Positions 1-13,200 of a DNA stretch of 64,000 nt are shown here, in pieces (position 1 is the first letter of the stretch; each line of letters starts with the position of its first letter). A program made the position numbers and the translations under genes. The notes beneath the pieces are model-generated. The model was given only the letters and a program-made list of their open reading frames with translations, did not search any database and was not told the origin of the DNA. This stretch comes from Eledone cirrhosa (Eukaryota): contig CAXHJY010001289.1 of NCBI GenBank assembly GCA_964016885.1, forward strand, positions 23,388-87,387. The letters run 5' to 3'.

Positions 1-165
1 GTGAAAACTCGGTACATCTACATATGTACACGTGTGTGTATTCATATGCATACTAGTATTTCAGTATACATATGTGGATGTACATTTTTAACTTAATTGT
101 TTAAGCGTCAGTCATACAAAAGTGAGTTACAAACGAAACGAAATTTAATTTCGTTTCGTTATTTG

Positions 166-171
<6 letters not shown>
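1..171 (+). mobile_element. Partial copy of the 467-nt hammerhead-bearing unit (inverted relative to 2512-2684), ending in (TA)n
   Basis: 1-171 is the near reverse complement of 2512-2684 and includes the palindrome aacgaaacgaaatttaatttcgtttcgtt. Confidence 0.8.
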
Positions 172-202
<31 letters not shown>

Positions 203-231
203 TTATATATATATATATATATATATATAAG

Positions 232-262
<31 letters not shown>

Positions 263-283
263 GTATATATATATATGTATATA

Positions 284-346
<63 letters not shown>

Positions 347-353
347 GTATATA

Positions 354-390
<37 letters not shown>

Positions 391-464
391 GTATATGTAT
401 ATATATACTTATATATATATATGTATAGATGTGAGAAAAACCACAGACCCTCCATCTCAACTCA

Positions 465-502
465 CCTTTTGAAAAGCAGAATAACTGCGAAACCGGTAAA
501 GG
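465..502 (+). ncRNA. Degenerate minimal type-I hammerhead ribozyme
   Basis: cctt-TTGAAAA-gcag aataa ctgc-GAAAC CG GTA-aagg. Helices I and II pair and helix III is palindromic (ACCGGT), but the CUGANGA box has two substitutions. Confidence 0.6.
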
Positions 503-652
503 AACCAAATAAATATATATATTTTTTAAAATAATAAGACTTCAGTTGCATTTTCGATTTCATCTCTTTTTCTTTATACTTTCACTCGTGTAGGACACCC
601 CGGTTATTTTTCATTTTGTAAAAAGAAACTCACTTTCTAATATATATATATG

Positions 653-718
<66 letters not shown>

Positions 719-846
719 TGTATATGTATATGCATATATATATATATATGTATATGTATATGTATATATATATATGTATATATATATATGTATACAGATA
801 TATATTTATATATATATATGTATATGTATATGCATATATATATATG

Positions 847-877
<31 letters not shown>

Positions 878-934
878 GTATATGTATATATATATATACA
901 TATGTATATATATATATGTATACATATATATATT

Positions 935-967
<33 letters not shown>

Positions 968-1055
968 TTATATATATATATATGTATACATATATATATA
1001 TATATGTATACATATATATATATATATATATGTATACATATATATATATATGTAT

Positions 1056-1190
1056 ATTAGAAAATATATAGCTTTCACCGTATTTTTAACTAAAGGAATC
1101 TTAGCTTGATAACGGGGTTTAGAACCCACAGATAAATGGAAAAAGATGAGTATTGACGTACATGGGAGTCGAACCCACATCTGTGGTTAT
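1056..1190 (-). repeat. ~130-bp interspersed repeat with a Pol III B-box-like motif; second copy at 4043-4177, partial inverted copy near 29275-29336
   Basis: Near-identical copies; minus strand reads GTGGGTTCGACTCCC; always embedded in (TA)n. Confidence 0.7.
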
Positions 1191-1225
1191 ATATGTATAT
1201 ATATATATGTATACATATATATATT

Positions 1226-1263
<38 letters not shown>

Positions 1264-1394
1264 GATAGATATATATATGTATATATATATATATATATAT
1301 ATGTATACATATATATATATATATATGTATACATATATATATATATATATATATACTGATATATATATATATATATATATCTGATATATATATG

Positions 1395-1434
<40 letters not shown>

Positions 1435-1441
1435 TATATGT

Positions 1442-1472
<31 letters not shown>

Positions 1473-1495
1473 CTGATATATATATGTATATATAT

Positions 1496-1562
<67 letters not shown>

Positions 1563-1722
1563 GATATATATATACATATGTATACATATATGTATATATA
1601 CTTATATATATATATATACTTATATATATATGTATACATATATATATATATATATACTTATATATATATATATATATATATATAATTATATATATAATTA
1701 TATTTATATATATATATATACT

Positions 1723-1803
<81 letters not shown>

Positions 1804-1816
1804 TTATATATATATA

Positions 1817-2494
1817 AAGAGGATGCTCTGAAACTCCCGTACTCCCTTCCCTCCTGGGAAACTCTCGTGGCATCTAAAAACATCAGAGGCTTGGGAGTAA
1901 CCGTGGACAGCAACATAAGCTGGGCCACGCATATAAGCAGCAAACTTGACATGGCCCGCAGAATGTGTTCCTGGATCCTCAGAACCTTCCAGTCGAGAGA
2001 TTCCCACACCATTATACTTCTCTTCTCTACTTTTGCCCGACCACACCTTGAATACTGTTGTCCACTGTGGTCTCCCCACACGAAACAAAGAATCATGAAA
2101 CTTGAAGCTCCTCAAAGGGCAGTCACGAAAAAGATAGATGGCATGTCAGACCTTGACTACTGGGGTCGACTAGAAAAGCTGAAACTTTACTCACTCCAAC
2201 GTCGCCGTGAGCGTTATATTATCTGCATGATGTGGAAAATGTTACATCATCACTGCCCAAATGATGTTGGCATCGCCTTCAAGATACACCCAAGGCTTGG
2301 GCCCCGTGCTATCCGTGCCATACAAAAATCTAAATCGCAACTCATAACAACAATACGGCACAATTATTTCACCTCAATTGGCCCTGCTCTCTTCAACATC
2401 AAACCAGGACACGTCAAAACAGAAACTGACCACACGAAATTCAAGAAGTCTTTGGACAAATTCCTCCAAGTAATCCTGGACAAACCACCCACAC
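1817..2494 (+). mobile_element. CR1-clade LINE ORF2 3' fragment
   Basis: [11 protein letters not shown]...[13 protein letters not shown]...[11 protein letters not shown] matches the CR1 post-RT region; cut at 2495 by the hammerhead unit. Confidence 0.8.
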
Positions 2495-3003
2495 CCGGTT
2501 CAGCGGAGACGATAAAAACAAATAACGAAACGAAATTAAATTTCGTTTCGTTTGTAACTCACTTTTGTATGACTGACGCTTAAACAATTAAGTTAAAAAT
2601 GTACATCTACATATGCATACTGAAATACTAGTATGCATATGAAGACACACACGTATACATATGTAGATGTAACAAGTCTTTCACTGGTTACTTTACTGTG
2701 AGTAACCCAGCTATTCTGTATGTAAACACACAGACAAACCGGTTTTTAGAGTCATACTGGTTTTCGAGGAAACACCTTTCCTCTATTCTCCAGAAAGCCA
2801 GACAAGGAATATTGAACTAGTTTCGTTGTTATTACAACTCATCAGCAATATTTACCTATCTACCGGCCTTTCTGGAGAATCGTAAAAGCACATATCGTTA
2901 TATGCTTTTTCTATGAAAATTAGTAGTGGGCAGACTAATTTACATAGAGTGTGAGTACGCACCGGTTCAGCGGAGATGATAAAAACAAATAACGAAACGA
3001 AAT
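2495..3003 (-). mobile_element. Non-coding 467-nt hammerhead unit with ~42-nt terminal redundancy (retrozyme-like)
   Basis: 2495-2536 recurs at 2962-3003 with 1 mismatch; contains a hammerhead at 2808-2852; no ORF. Confidence 0.7.
2808..2852 (-). ncRNA. Type-I hammerhead ribozyme, intact core
   Basis: Minus strand: aatattg-CTGATGA-gttgt aata acaac-GAAAC TA GTT-caatatt; outer helix attctccagaaag/ctttctggagaat. Confidence 0.88.
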
Positions 3004-4700
<1,697 letters not shown>

Positions 4701-4705
<5 letters not shown>

Positions 4706-5046
4706 CTTACATCGGCATGACCTCCAACAACTTTAAGACCCGTTGGTGTGCCCATACCCACTCCTTCAGAAGACCGGATAAATCAAATCAGACAACACTC
4801 GCCTCCTACGTTTGGGACCTCAAAAGGAACTCCACCCCCTTCAAGCTTAATTGGAAAATACTCCAGAAAGCGCGCTCTTACAACGGAGGACACAAGGGCT
4901 GCGACCTTTGTATTTCAGAGAGCTACGAAATGTTATTCGCCAAGGGCCCGCTACTGAACAAACTCTCTGAACATTGCCCGAACTGCATGCACAAGAACTT
5001 TGCCACATTCAAACACTTTAAGCCAGTGTTAGAGCCCGATGGCTAA
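4701..5046 (+). mobile_element. Penelope-like element, 5'-truncated GIY-YIG endonuclease remnant
   Basis: [17 protein letters not shown]...WKIL...CDLC..E...LLNK.SE..PNCMH; homologous to the C-terminus of 53023-54525. Confidence 0.85.
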
Positions 5047-5229
5047 AAACGACCTCCCCCTATTGGCCCCTATACCTCCTCCCACTCTACCCCCACCCCT
5101 CCTCAACCTGAAATACGGCCACTATGGTTATGTGAGTACCTCTTTCGTATCTACATTTTCTGCCTGTAGAGGTGTCTTTATGTGCCTGCGTATATGCGTA
5201 TATTTATTGAGTACCTATTTACTTGTATG

Positions 5230-5264
5230 TGTATATATTTGTTTGTTTTATGTGTGTGTGTGTA

Positions 5265-5323
<59 letters not shown>

Positions 5324-5419
5324 ATATATACATATGTATATATATATATGTTTGTGTGTATATGTGTTTTATGTGTGTATATTTATGTATGTATATGTAT
5401 GTATATGTTTGTGTATGTG

Positions 5420-5462
<43 letters not shown>

Positions 5463-5573
5463 ATGTATGTGTATGTATGTATGTATGTATGTGTATGTAT
5501 GTATGTATGTTTATGTATATGTATGTGTATGTGTGTATGTATGTGTGTATATGTATATATATGTGTATATGTA

Positions 5574-5604
<31 letters not shown>

Positions 5605-5683
5605 GTGTATATATATATATATATGTATATATGTATATGTATGTATGTGTGTATATATGTGTGTATATATGTATATGTATATG

Positions 5684-5746
<63 letters not shown>

Positions 5747-5761
5747 GTATGTGTGTGCGTG

Positions 5762-5814
<53 letters not shown>

Positions 5815-5833
5815 GTATATGTTGTGTGGGCAG

Positions 5834-5885
<52 letters not shown>

Positions 5886-6120
5886 ATTTGTATGTGTATA
5901 TATGTATATGTGTGTATGTGTGTGTGTGTATATGTATGTATATGTATGTGTGTGTATATATATTTATATATATGTGTGTATATGTATATATATATATATG
6001 TATGTGTATGTGTATATGTGTGTATATGTGTATATATATATATATAGATATATATATATATATATATGTGTGTATATATATGTATATATATGTATATGTA
6101 TGTGTATGTGTATGTGTGTG

Positions 6121-6151
<31 letters not shown>

Positions 6152-6160
6152 CTATATATG

Positions 6161-6193
<33 letters not shown>

Positions 6194-6447
6194 ATGTGTG
6201 TATATATATATATGTGTGTATATATATGTGTATATGTATGTGTCTGTGTATGTGTATGTGTGTATGTATGTATATATGTGTGTATGTGTGTGTATGTGTG
6301 TATATATATATATATATATATGTGTATATATATATATATGTGTGCGTGAGAGAGAGAGTGTGTATATATATTTTGTGTGTGGGTGTGTGTATGTGTGTAT
6401 GCGCGTGTGTGTATATATATATATGTATATGTATATATATATATATG

Positions 6448-6532
<85 letters not shown>

Positions 6533-6655
6533 ATATGTGTGTATGTATAGATATTTATACATATGTATACTCGTGTTTGTATGTATGAGTGTGAGTGTAT
6601 TTATTTGTGTATATATGTGTGTGTGTGTGTATGTATGTGTATGTGTGTGTGTATC

Positions 6656-6711
<56 letters not shown>

Positions 6712-6719
6712 TGTGTGTA

Positions 6720-6760
<41 letters not shown>

Positions 6761-6990
6761 TATATGTGTATGTATGTATGTATGTGTGTATGTATGTGTG
6801 TGTACATGAATATATATTTATATATATTTATATATTTTTATATATGTGTGTGTGTTTTTTTATGTGTGTATATGTGTTTGTGTGTGTGTTTATGGTTGCG
6901 CGTAAGTGTGTGAGTGAGTATGTGTTTTTTGTTTTTTTGTTTTTTTGTTTTTTTGTTTTTTTGTTTTTTTGTGAATGTGTCTGTTGATTT
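5230..6990. repeat. Mosaic (TG)/(TA)/(TATG) microsatellite, probably inside the PLE 3' region
   Basis: Lies between the GIY-YIG stop (5046) and the hammerhead pLTR (7438). Confidence 0.85.
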
Positions 6991-7437
6991 TTGGCATATA
7001 GTTGATTAGTTTAAGAGAAGTTCGAAGATAATTGTAAGATATGCACTCAGTATTTTGAATCTGTCTGCAGAATTCTCTAGACCTTTGTCACTTAGTAGAA
7101 CCTTAATGACTTTAGCTTTTAAAGAATCTCCCTTTTCTTTAATTCTATCGACCATGACTGACCCCCCACTGATTTTATAGACATCTGTTAGCTTAAGAGA
7201 AACTTATTGACGAGGAATGGTATGCCATCCGGAACCTGTTTATAGAATTCTGTCTGCCTTTGTTACTCTAAAAACATAAATAAATATAAATAAAAATAAA
7301 AATAAACTATAGCTTTGTAGAATTAGCTTTTAATGAATTCCCTTTTCTATCAACCAATGACCTGCACCCATCCCACTCCCCACCCTCTCCTACCACTTGT
7401 AGAGACCTATAAATACCATATTTATTTTTTGATACCC

Positions 7438-7488
7438 AGATTCCTGATGATTTCTAATGAATGAAACAGTTCTAGTCCTGTAGAATCT
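7438..7488 (+). ncRNA. Type-I hammerhead ribozyme in a PLE pseudo-LTR (family A)
   Basis: agattc-CTGATGA-tttc taat gaat-GAAACAG ttctagtc CTGTA-gaatct; helix I covaries with the 26608 copy (agcttc/gaagct). Confidence 0.88.
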
Positions 7489-7500
7489 CATCTATATTAA

Positions 7501-7570
<70 letters not shown>

Positions 7571-7699
7571 AGGGTTGTATTCTAATTCCGACTTAATAAC
7601 TGGAGGCCTGATATTAAACAAAGTATTTGAGAAACTACAATGATGCATATGCACTCATACACTAGTGTGTGCATGGGATCACGGTAACATGGTTTCTAA

Positions 7700-7842
7700 T
7701 TGTTCTTTCAATAGAGTAACATGTTCGACAATTTAGTGCAAATGTGACAGAGTATTCCACAGAATGATGCCCCTGTAACGCAATCTGCAGCGTTATTCAC
7801 CGTGACATAGTGCGACGAGGCGAGACATTTGAATTACAAGAA
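7700..7842 (+). mobile_element. Degenerate SINE 3' portion (related copies at ~39030-39140 and ~43935-44070)
   Basis: Shared gagtattc(c/t)ac...attca(c/g)cgtgaca...ttgaattaca motifs among copies; resemblance to octopus SINEs is from memory only. Confidence 0.4.
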
Positions 7843-8010
7843 TAGTCCCATTGTATTGTAGTTTAAGTCGCTAAGCATTCCAATGGCTCCATTAATTTAA
7901 TCCTCAAGGGCATTCATTATCACCCATTGTGTGATTAGGCCGGTTTTGTTAATTACGTGTACAATGCATTGTTGCCAGCAGCGTAGACTGGAGAAACGTG
8001 AAGTTATGAT

Positions 8011-8041
<31 letters not shown>

Positions 8042-8269
8042 CTCTCTCTATCAGTCGTGTGTCACTTCGCGGAGAAGTTTCCGTTAATTTATGTAAGGAA
8101 AAAACGTGAGTTTTTAGTTCAATTTTATATCATTGTGTAACTTGACCACCCGTCTGGACCTTCAGGTGGTGGGTCAACTCATTTTCGCCCCTTCAGGGGC
8201 GGAATATCCATTTAAAAAATTTTTCTCCATCGAATCTTGGAAAAAATATTGTAAAATTTTGATTACGTT

Positions 8270-10174
8270 ATGAACGCTGCGTCCAACGATAATGGTGGTG
8301 GAGAGGCGGTAAGACTACAAAGCTCGCAGTCAACAACGTCTTCTTCACTAGATACTATAGAGATGGAAAGACAAAATGAAAATAAAAAAACGAATTCACA
8401 TCCAAACAACACAAATGACACCAAACAGCTCAATGACAACAAAAATAACAGCAAAACCAATAATGATGATAAAAGCAACAATGATAACAACAACAAAGAA
8501 AAAAATAAAGACAACGCCAATAACACCAGCATCAAAGACAACAACAACACCAAGGAAAATACGGATGATACCAACATCGGTGACAACAAGAATAACAACA
8601 ATAATGACAACACCACCAATACGGATTCCACAAAGAAACCAAAAATCTCCTTTGCGGAGAAAGTTCAAAAGAAAGAACAATTGATATATCTCGACATAAC
8701 AAATGCTGAACACCTTTTAAAGGACGCTAAGAGATATGTCACCTTCGAAAAAAATGGTGCTTTCAGCATCAATTCTCCGGTAGAAATTCGCAAGGAAACT
8801 GCTCTCAAAACGATAGTTTTTAGGACAGTTTCCAATTCTACCCGAAAACCAGTCCAATTGTCACAGAAAGATATTGAACTGGTTTTCAAAGATTCAATGA
8901 ATGATATTGCATTCATTCAAAGAAGCAAACTTTTTGGGAGTATTTCGGTACTGATGAAGGATCAATTGACGGCCCAAAATTACTCTGTGTCGCCAATTGT
9001 ATCCAACCTGTACACCTTTTTCCCTACATACATGGGAAAAAGGACACAAAAGATCAGAATCACAAGTGTCACACCAAAGGTGAACATATGGTGGATACTG
9101 TGCGGCTTCATCAATTTTGATGAAGACAGAATACTGTCAGTAGGCAAGTCCCCCAGAGATGTATTCAATGGGACTAGCATTGAAGTTCTGGTGCAAATGA
9201 GCCCAGAGCGAATAGCTATGATCCCACAGCGTGTACTCCTGGACGGACTTACCTACATAAACCTTTCGGTTGAGGGTAGGCGGCCTTCATGTTACCATTG
9301 CTTTAGCAGGGGTCACCTGAGGGCTTCCTGTCCTAAACTAATGAACCAAAAAAAGGCTCTTCTGCCAACACCCATCAAAACAACACAACCACCAACACCA
9401 CCACTACAACAACAACACCAACACACAAAAATAACCACAACAAACACAGTCCCACCCAACCTCACTCCACCTAAAACCACTGCAAAATCACATACAGACA
9501 CAACAGCTCCCCAAGACATACCCCTCCCCAATCACACAGACGATACAACAGATGAGGCTATCTCGCCATCACCCAGTGAAGACGAGGGAGAACCCCATCG
9601 CTCGAAAAGAAAGAAAAGACATCACAAAAGCAAAAAACCAGCAAACACTACCACAAACATACAACCACCAACACAAACAACAAAAATATCACAAACAAAA
9701 CCCCCACCTCCTGAAAACAAAATACCTACAACAAAACGAAAGCACACACAAGAACTACAGACAAAAACAAACACAACACAAGAAAATTACACTTACACTT
9801 ACATAAACACTGAAAACAAAACACTAATGGAGACCATTACGAACGACCCTTCGGTTTTCACCGAAGGGAAAACTTTCGCCCACTCTATAAAAAATAGCAA
9901 AAAAATGAACCTAAAACTGATTAGGGTCCCTATACAAACTTATAGGTCCCTAAAAGAAACATTTGAGAAGGATGTGGGGAATTCCTGCGTGAAACCACTC
10001 AACCGCGTCCTTCTCAAATGCCTCCCCACCCCAGACACCCCCATTCCACCAGACCCCACCCCACCAAACATCTGCGTCCCCACCCCGCCGGAAACCACCA
10101 CCCATCCAGACAACCCCTCCAACACCCCCATGGAAATCGTGCGGCCTGGTCCCCAGGAGGCGAAGGGTGAGTGA
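8270..10174 (+). CDS. LINE ORF1p (gag-like, CCHC zinc knuckle)
   Basis: 634 aa; CYHCFSRGHLRASC fits CX2CX4HX4C; N/D-rich N-terminus and P/T-rich C-terminus. Confidence 0.9.
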   Translation: MNAASNDNGGGEAVRLQSSQSTTSSSLDTIEMERQNENKKTNSHPNNTNDTKQLNDNKNNSKTNNDDKSNNDNNNKEKNKDNANNTSIKDNNNTKENTDDTNIGDNKNNNNNDNTTNTDSTKKPKISFAEKVQKKEQLIYLDITNAEHLLKDAKRYVTFEKNGAFSINSPVEIRKETALKTIVFRTVSNSTRKPVQLSQKDIELVFKDSMNDIAFIQRSKLFGSISVLMKDQLTAQNYSVSPIVSNLYTFFPTYMGKRTQKIRITSVTPKVNIWWILCGFINFDEDRILSVGKSPRDVFNGTSIEVLVQMSPERIAMIPQRVLLDGLTYINLSVEGRRPSCYHCFSRGHLRASCPKLMNQKKALLPTPIKTTQPPTPPLQQQHQHTKITTTNTVPPNLTPPKTTAKSHTDTTAPQDIPLPNHTDDTTDEAISPSPSEDEGEPHRSKRKKRHHKSKKPANTTTNIQPPTQTTKISQTKPPPPENKIPTTKRKHTQELQTKTNTTQENYTYTYINTENKTLMETITNDPSVFTEGKTFAHSIKNSKKMNLKLIRVPIQTYRSLKETFEKDVGNSCVKPLNRVLLKCLPTPDTPIPPDPTPPNICVPTPPETTTHPDNPSNTPMEIVRPGPQEAKGE

Positions 10175-10207
10175 TCTCTTTTCCTCTTTTAACTTTTCAG
10201 CACCAAC

Positions 10208-13200
10208 ATGGCCAATATAAGAGTTGGATGTGTGAACGTACGCGGCCTGAGGATGCCCTGGAAACAGGGCAAACTCTTAAACGACCTCAGGTCGCACAGT
10301 TTGGATGTGGTAGCCATTTGCGAGTCCAGGATCCACGGCGAGCGACAGCTGGCCCCCATCTTCGATGACTTTGAGATCTACGCATCTCTCTGTCAACCGG
10401 GGGGTGGGGGCGGAGTTGCCGTTTTGCTGCGGAAACACCTGGGCCTCGTAACACAGACGGTACATCTGGACCCGGAGGGTCGACTGGTGGTCCTAGACGT
10501 TGACGGTAGTGAAGGTGGAGCGTTCAGGCTGGTGGCCGCATATGCCCCATCCGGGACACCGCGGCCAGACTTCTTCAAACGTCTAGAGACTTTTCTGGGA
10601 ACGTCCCGCTCCTTGCTTTTAGTGGGGGACTGGAATGGAATCCTAGATGCACGTTGGGACTATGTGGGAGCATGTCCCGATAAAGGGGGGTGTAACAGCC
10701 TCAAACAGTTAATCGACCGATTTGACCTGGCCGATAGATATCGACTAGATTTTCCGACTGCGCCACTGTGGACGTGGAGTAATCGTAGCGGAACATCTAG
10801 ATCGTACCTAGATAGGGTTCTAGTTAGAAATAAGGATAGGGACATGTTAAGCTGTCCACAAATGTTCATGGTTGCCTATTCAGATCACAAACTAGTGACC
10901 TGCATGGCCAACCTTGATAGAACCCATAGACAAGGACCCGGCTACTGGAAGCTGAACTTGTCGTTACCGACAAGCAAAGCCTACAGTAGACGGATTAGCA
11001 CTTTAGTTAAACAGCACTTGACAGGGGCCATTGTCAACAACAGATGGTGGTACTCTCTCAAGAGGGCAGTTAGATTAGACTCGATAGTTTTTAGTAAAGA
11101 ATTAGCGTTAGATAGAAATAGAACCGAGAAGGAACTGGTAGATAAAGTAGAAGAGGCTATTAGAAGTGGCAACGTAGCCAGCGTGCTAGCAACGAGAACG
11201 GCCTTGGACCAGTTCTTCGACGCAAAGCACGAGGGCTGCGTTGTCAGAAGCAAAATACGTGCTCTGGGAAACGAGGGAGCCAAAGCTGTTGGCTGGGCCC
11301 GAGTGACGGAGGCAAAAAGTGGCAACAAGTCCACGATTCGGTCTTTGAAGGACCAAAACGGACGCGTGATACGTGAGCCGAAGCAGATGTGTGCGGCTTT
11401 TCAGCGGCACTTTGCTCGGCTGTTCGGGGGGAGCGGCGCGCCGGGAGAGGCTATGGATTTCGGTCCATACCTCGACGGCCTACCGCGACTCTCGGACAGC
11501 GAGGCGAAGTTCTGCGAAAAGCCGATTTCAGCCACTGAGATAGGGGACGCGCTGAGCCAATGCGGCAAACGCAAATCTCCAGGTCTCGACGGTCTACCCT
11601 ACGAATTTTACGTAGCAATGCCGGACTTATTCTCCGGTCTCCTGGAAGCGGTCTACTGCAACTGGCAACAGAACGGGAGAATTCCCAATTCTGTAACCGG
11701 GGGCGTGGTCACACTAATCAGGAAGGACGAGAATAAGGGGGATGACATAGGCAACTTCCGGCCCATAACTCTGCTAAACACAGAGTTACAGATTTTGGCC
11801 AAGGTGTTGGCAAAGAGGCTGGCGCTTGTCGTCGAGAACCTGGTGGGAGAAGCGCAGACATGCGCGATCCCGACCAGGTCCATACACGACAACCTCCACC
11901 TCATGCGATACATCATAGAGAGGGTAGGGTGTAAACCCGGCTTCGGTGGGGCCCTGATCAACTTGGATCAGTCTAAGGCTTTCGATAGGGTTGACCATCG
12001 TTACCTGGATGCGGTGCTCGAGGCGGCAGGCTTCGGACCCGTGTTCAGGGGCTGGATTGCTGCAATGCACAACAGCAACATCTGCTCAAGGGTCAAGGTG
12101 AACGGTTACCTCTCGGAGCCGTTCCATATTACGCGATCCATTCGACAGGGATGCCCTCTCTCCTCCCTTCTGTACGTACTGACTCTCGAGCCACTACTGC
12201 GGAAGCTGGAGCTATTGCAGGGCATCCCTCTGGAACCGGGACTGCGGAAAGCGGCGTCGGCCTACGCCGACGACGTGACAGTAATGGTGTCGAGCGCCTC
12301 GCAAATCGAGGAAGTCGGCACCTTACTAAAGGAATACGAAAGTCTCACAGGAGCGAAGCTGAACCGGGACAAGTCCATCGGTTTGCAACTCGGATCGTGG
12401 AGAGGCAGACCGATGCCTTCCGATGGCGTCGTCGGACGCTGGACGGAAGGACCGGTAAAGCTGCTCGGGGTCTGGTTTGGTCCGGACCTCCAGGTGGAGA
12501 AGAACTGGAACGAAGTGACGGCCAAGGTGTTTGCACTCACCCAGAAGTGGGCCGAGTGCAAACTATCCTTGAAAGGTCGAGCGGAGGTGGCGAACAGTTT
12601 TATAGCGTCCGCCATCTACTACCGCTTGACCGTCGTGCCTTGTCCAGCCAAAACGCTCGCCAAAATGGAGCGCGCCCTCTTCCGATTCCTTTGGAAGAGG
12701 CGGGCTCCTTTGGTAAGAAGATCCATCTGCTGCCAACACCCTTCTAACGGAGGGCTGGGGATGCCGTGGTTGACGATGCGCAAACACGCGCTCAGGCTGC
12801 GGCATCTCTACGTATTCCTCACCGGACAACCGGTGTGGGCCCCGTTCGTGAGGCGAGCCTTCCCACGACTCGTCTCGCTGACCGAGCTGCAGTCCTGGGT
12901 CAAGCAGAGACCGAGGAAAATGGGCGACTGGCACATCGAATGTGCTCAGGCGCTCACAGCCCTCTGGCAGGCGGACCCGGCGATCAGTGGAGACTCCACT
13001 TCGTCATTCTATAGAGGGTTGGTCCGCAGCAAGTGCGACGACGCGCTCGGTGAAACTCTAGGCGTGGAGGAAGATGAACTGGCCAGTCTGTTCGGTAGGA
13101 CCTTCCGCCCGGGACCGATGGACAACTTCCAAAAGTCCCTGGCCTGGCAGTGCTACCGAGGAGCTCTACCAGTTCGAGACAAGCTCTACAGACATGGGCG

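Larger units (their letters stand above)
170..1816. repeat. Imperfect (TA)n/(TATG) microsatellite tracts interrupted by short elements at 427-640 and 1056-1190
   Basis: Direct inspection. Confidence 0.95.

Noticed and set aside
1165-1180. tRNA gene suggested by the T-arm motif
   Set aside because: No D-arm, anticodon arm or acceptor stem; abuts microsatellite
10167-10200. 34-nt GT-AG mini-intron fusing ORF1 to ORF2
   Set aside because: The spliced product is out of frame with ORF2, and the AG is absent in copy 4
12151-12747. 198-aa alternative-frame ORF and many antisense ORFs within LINE ORF2
   Set aside because: Expected shadows of GC-rich coding sequence; recurrence only reflects the near-identical copies
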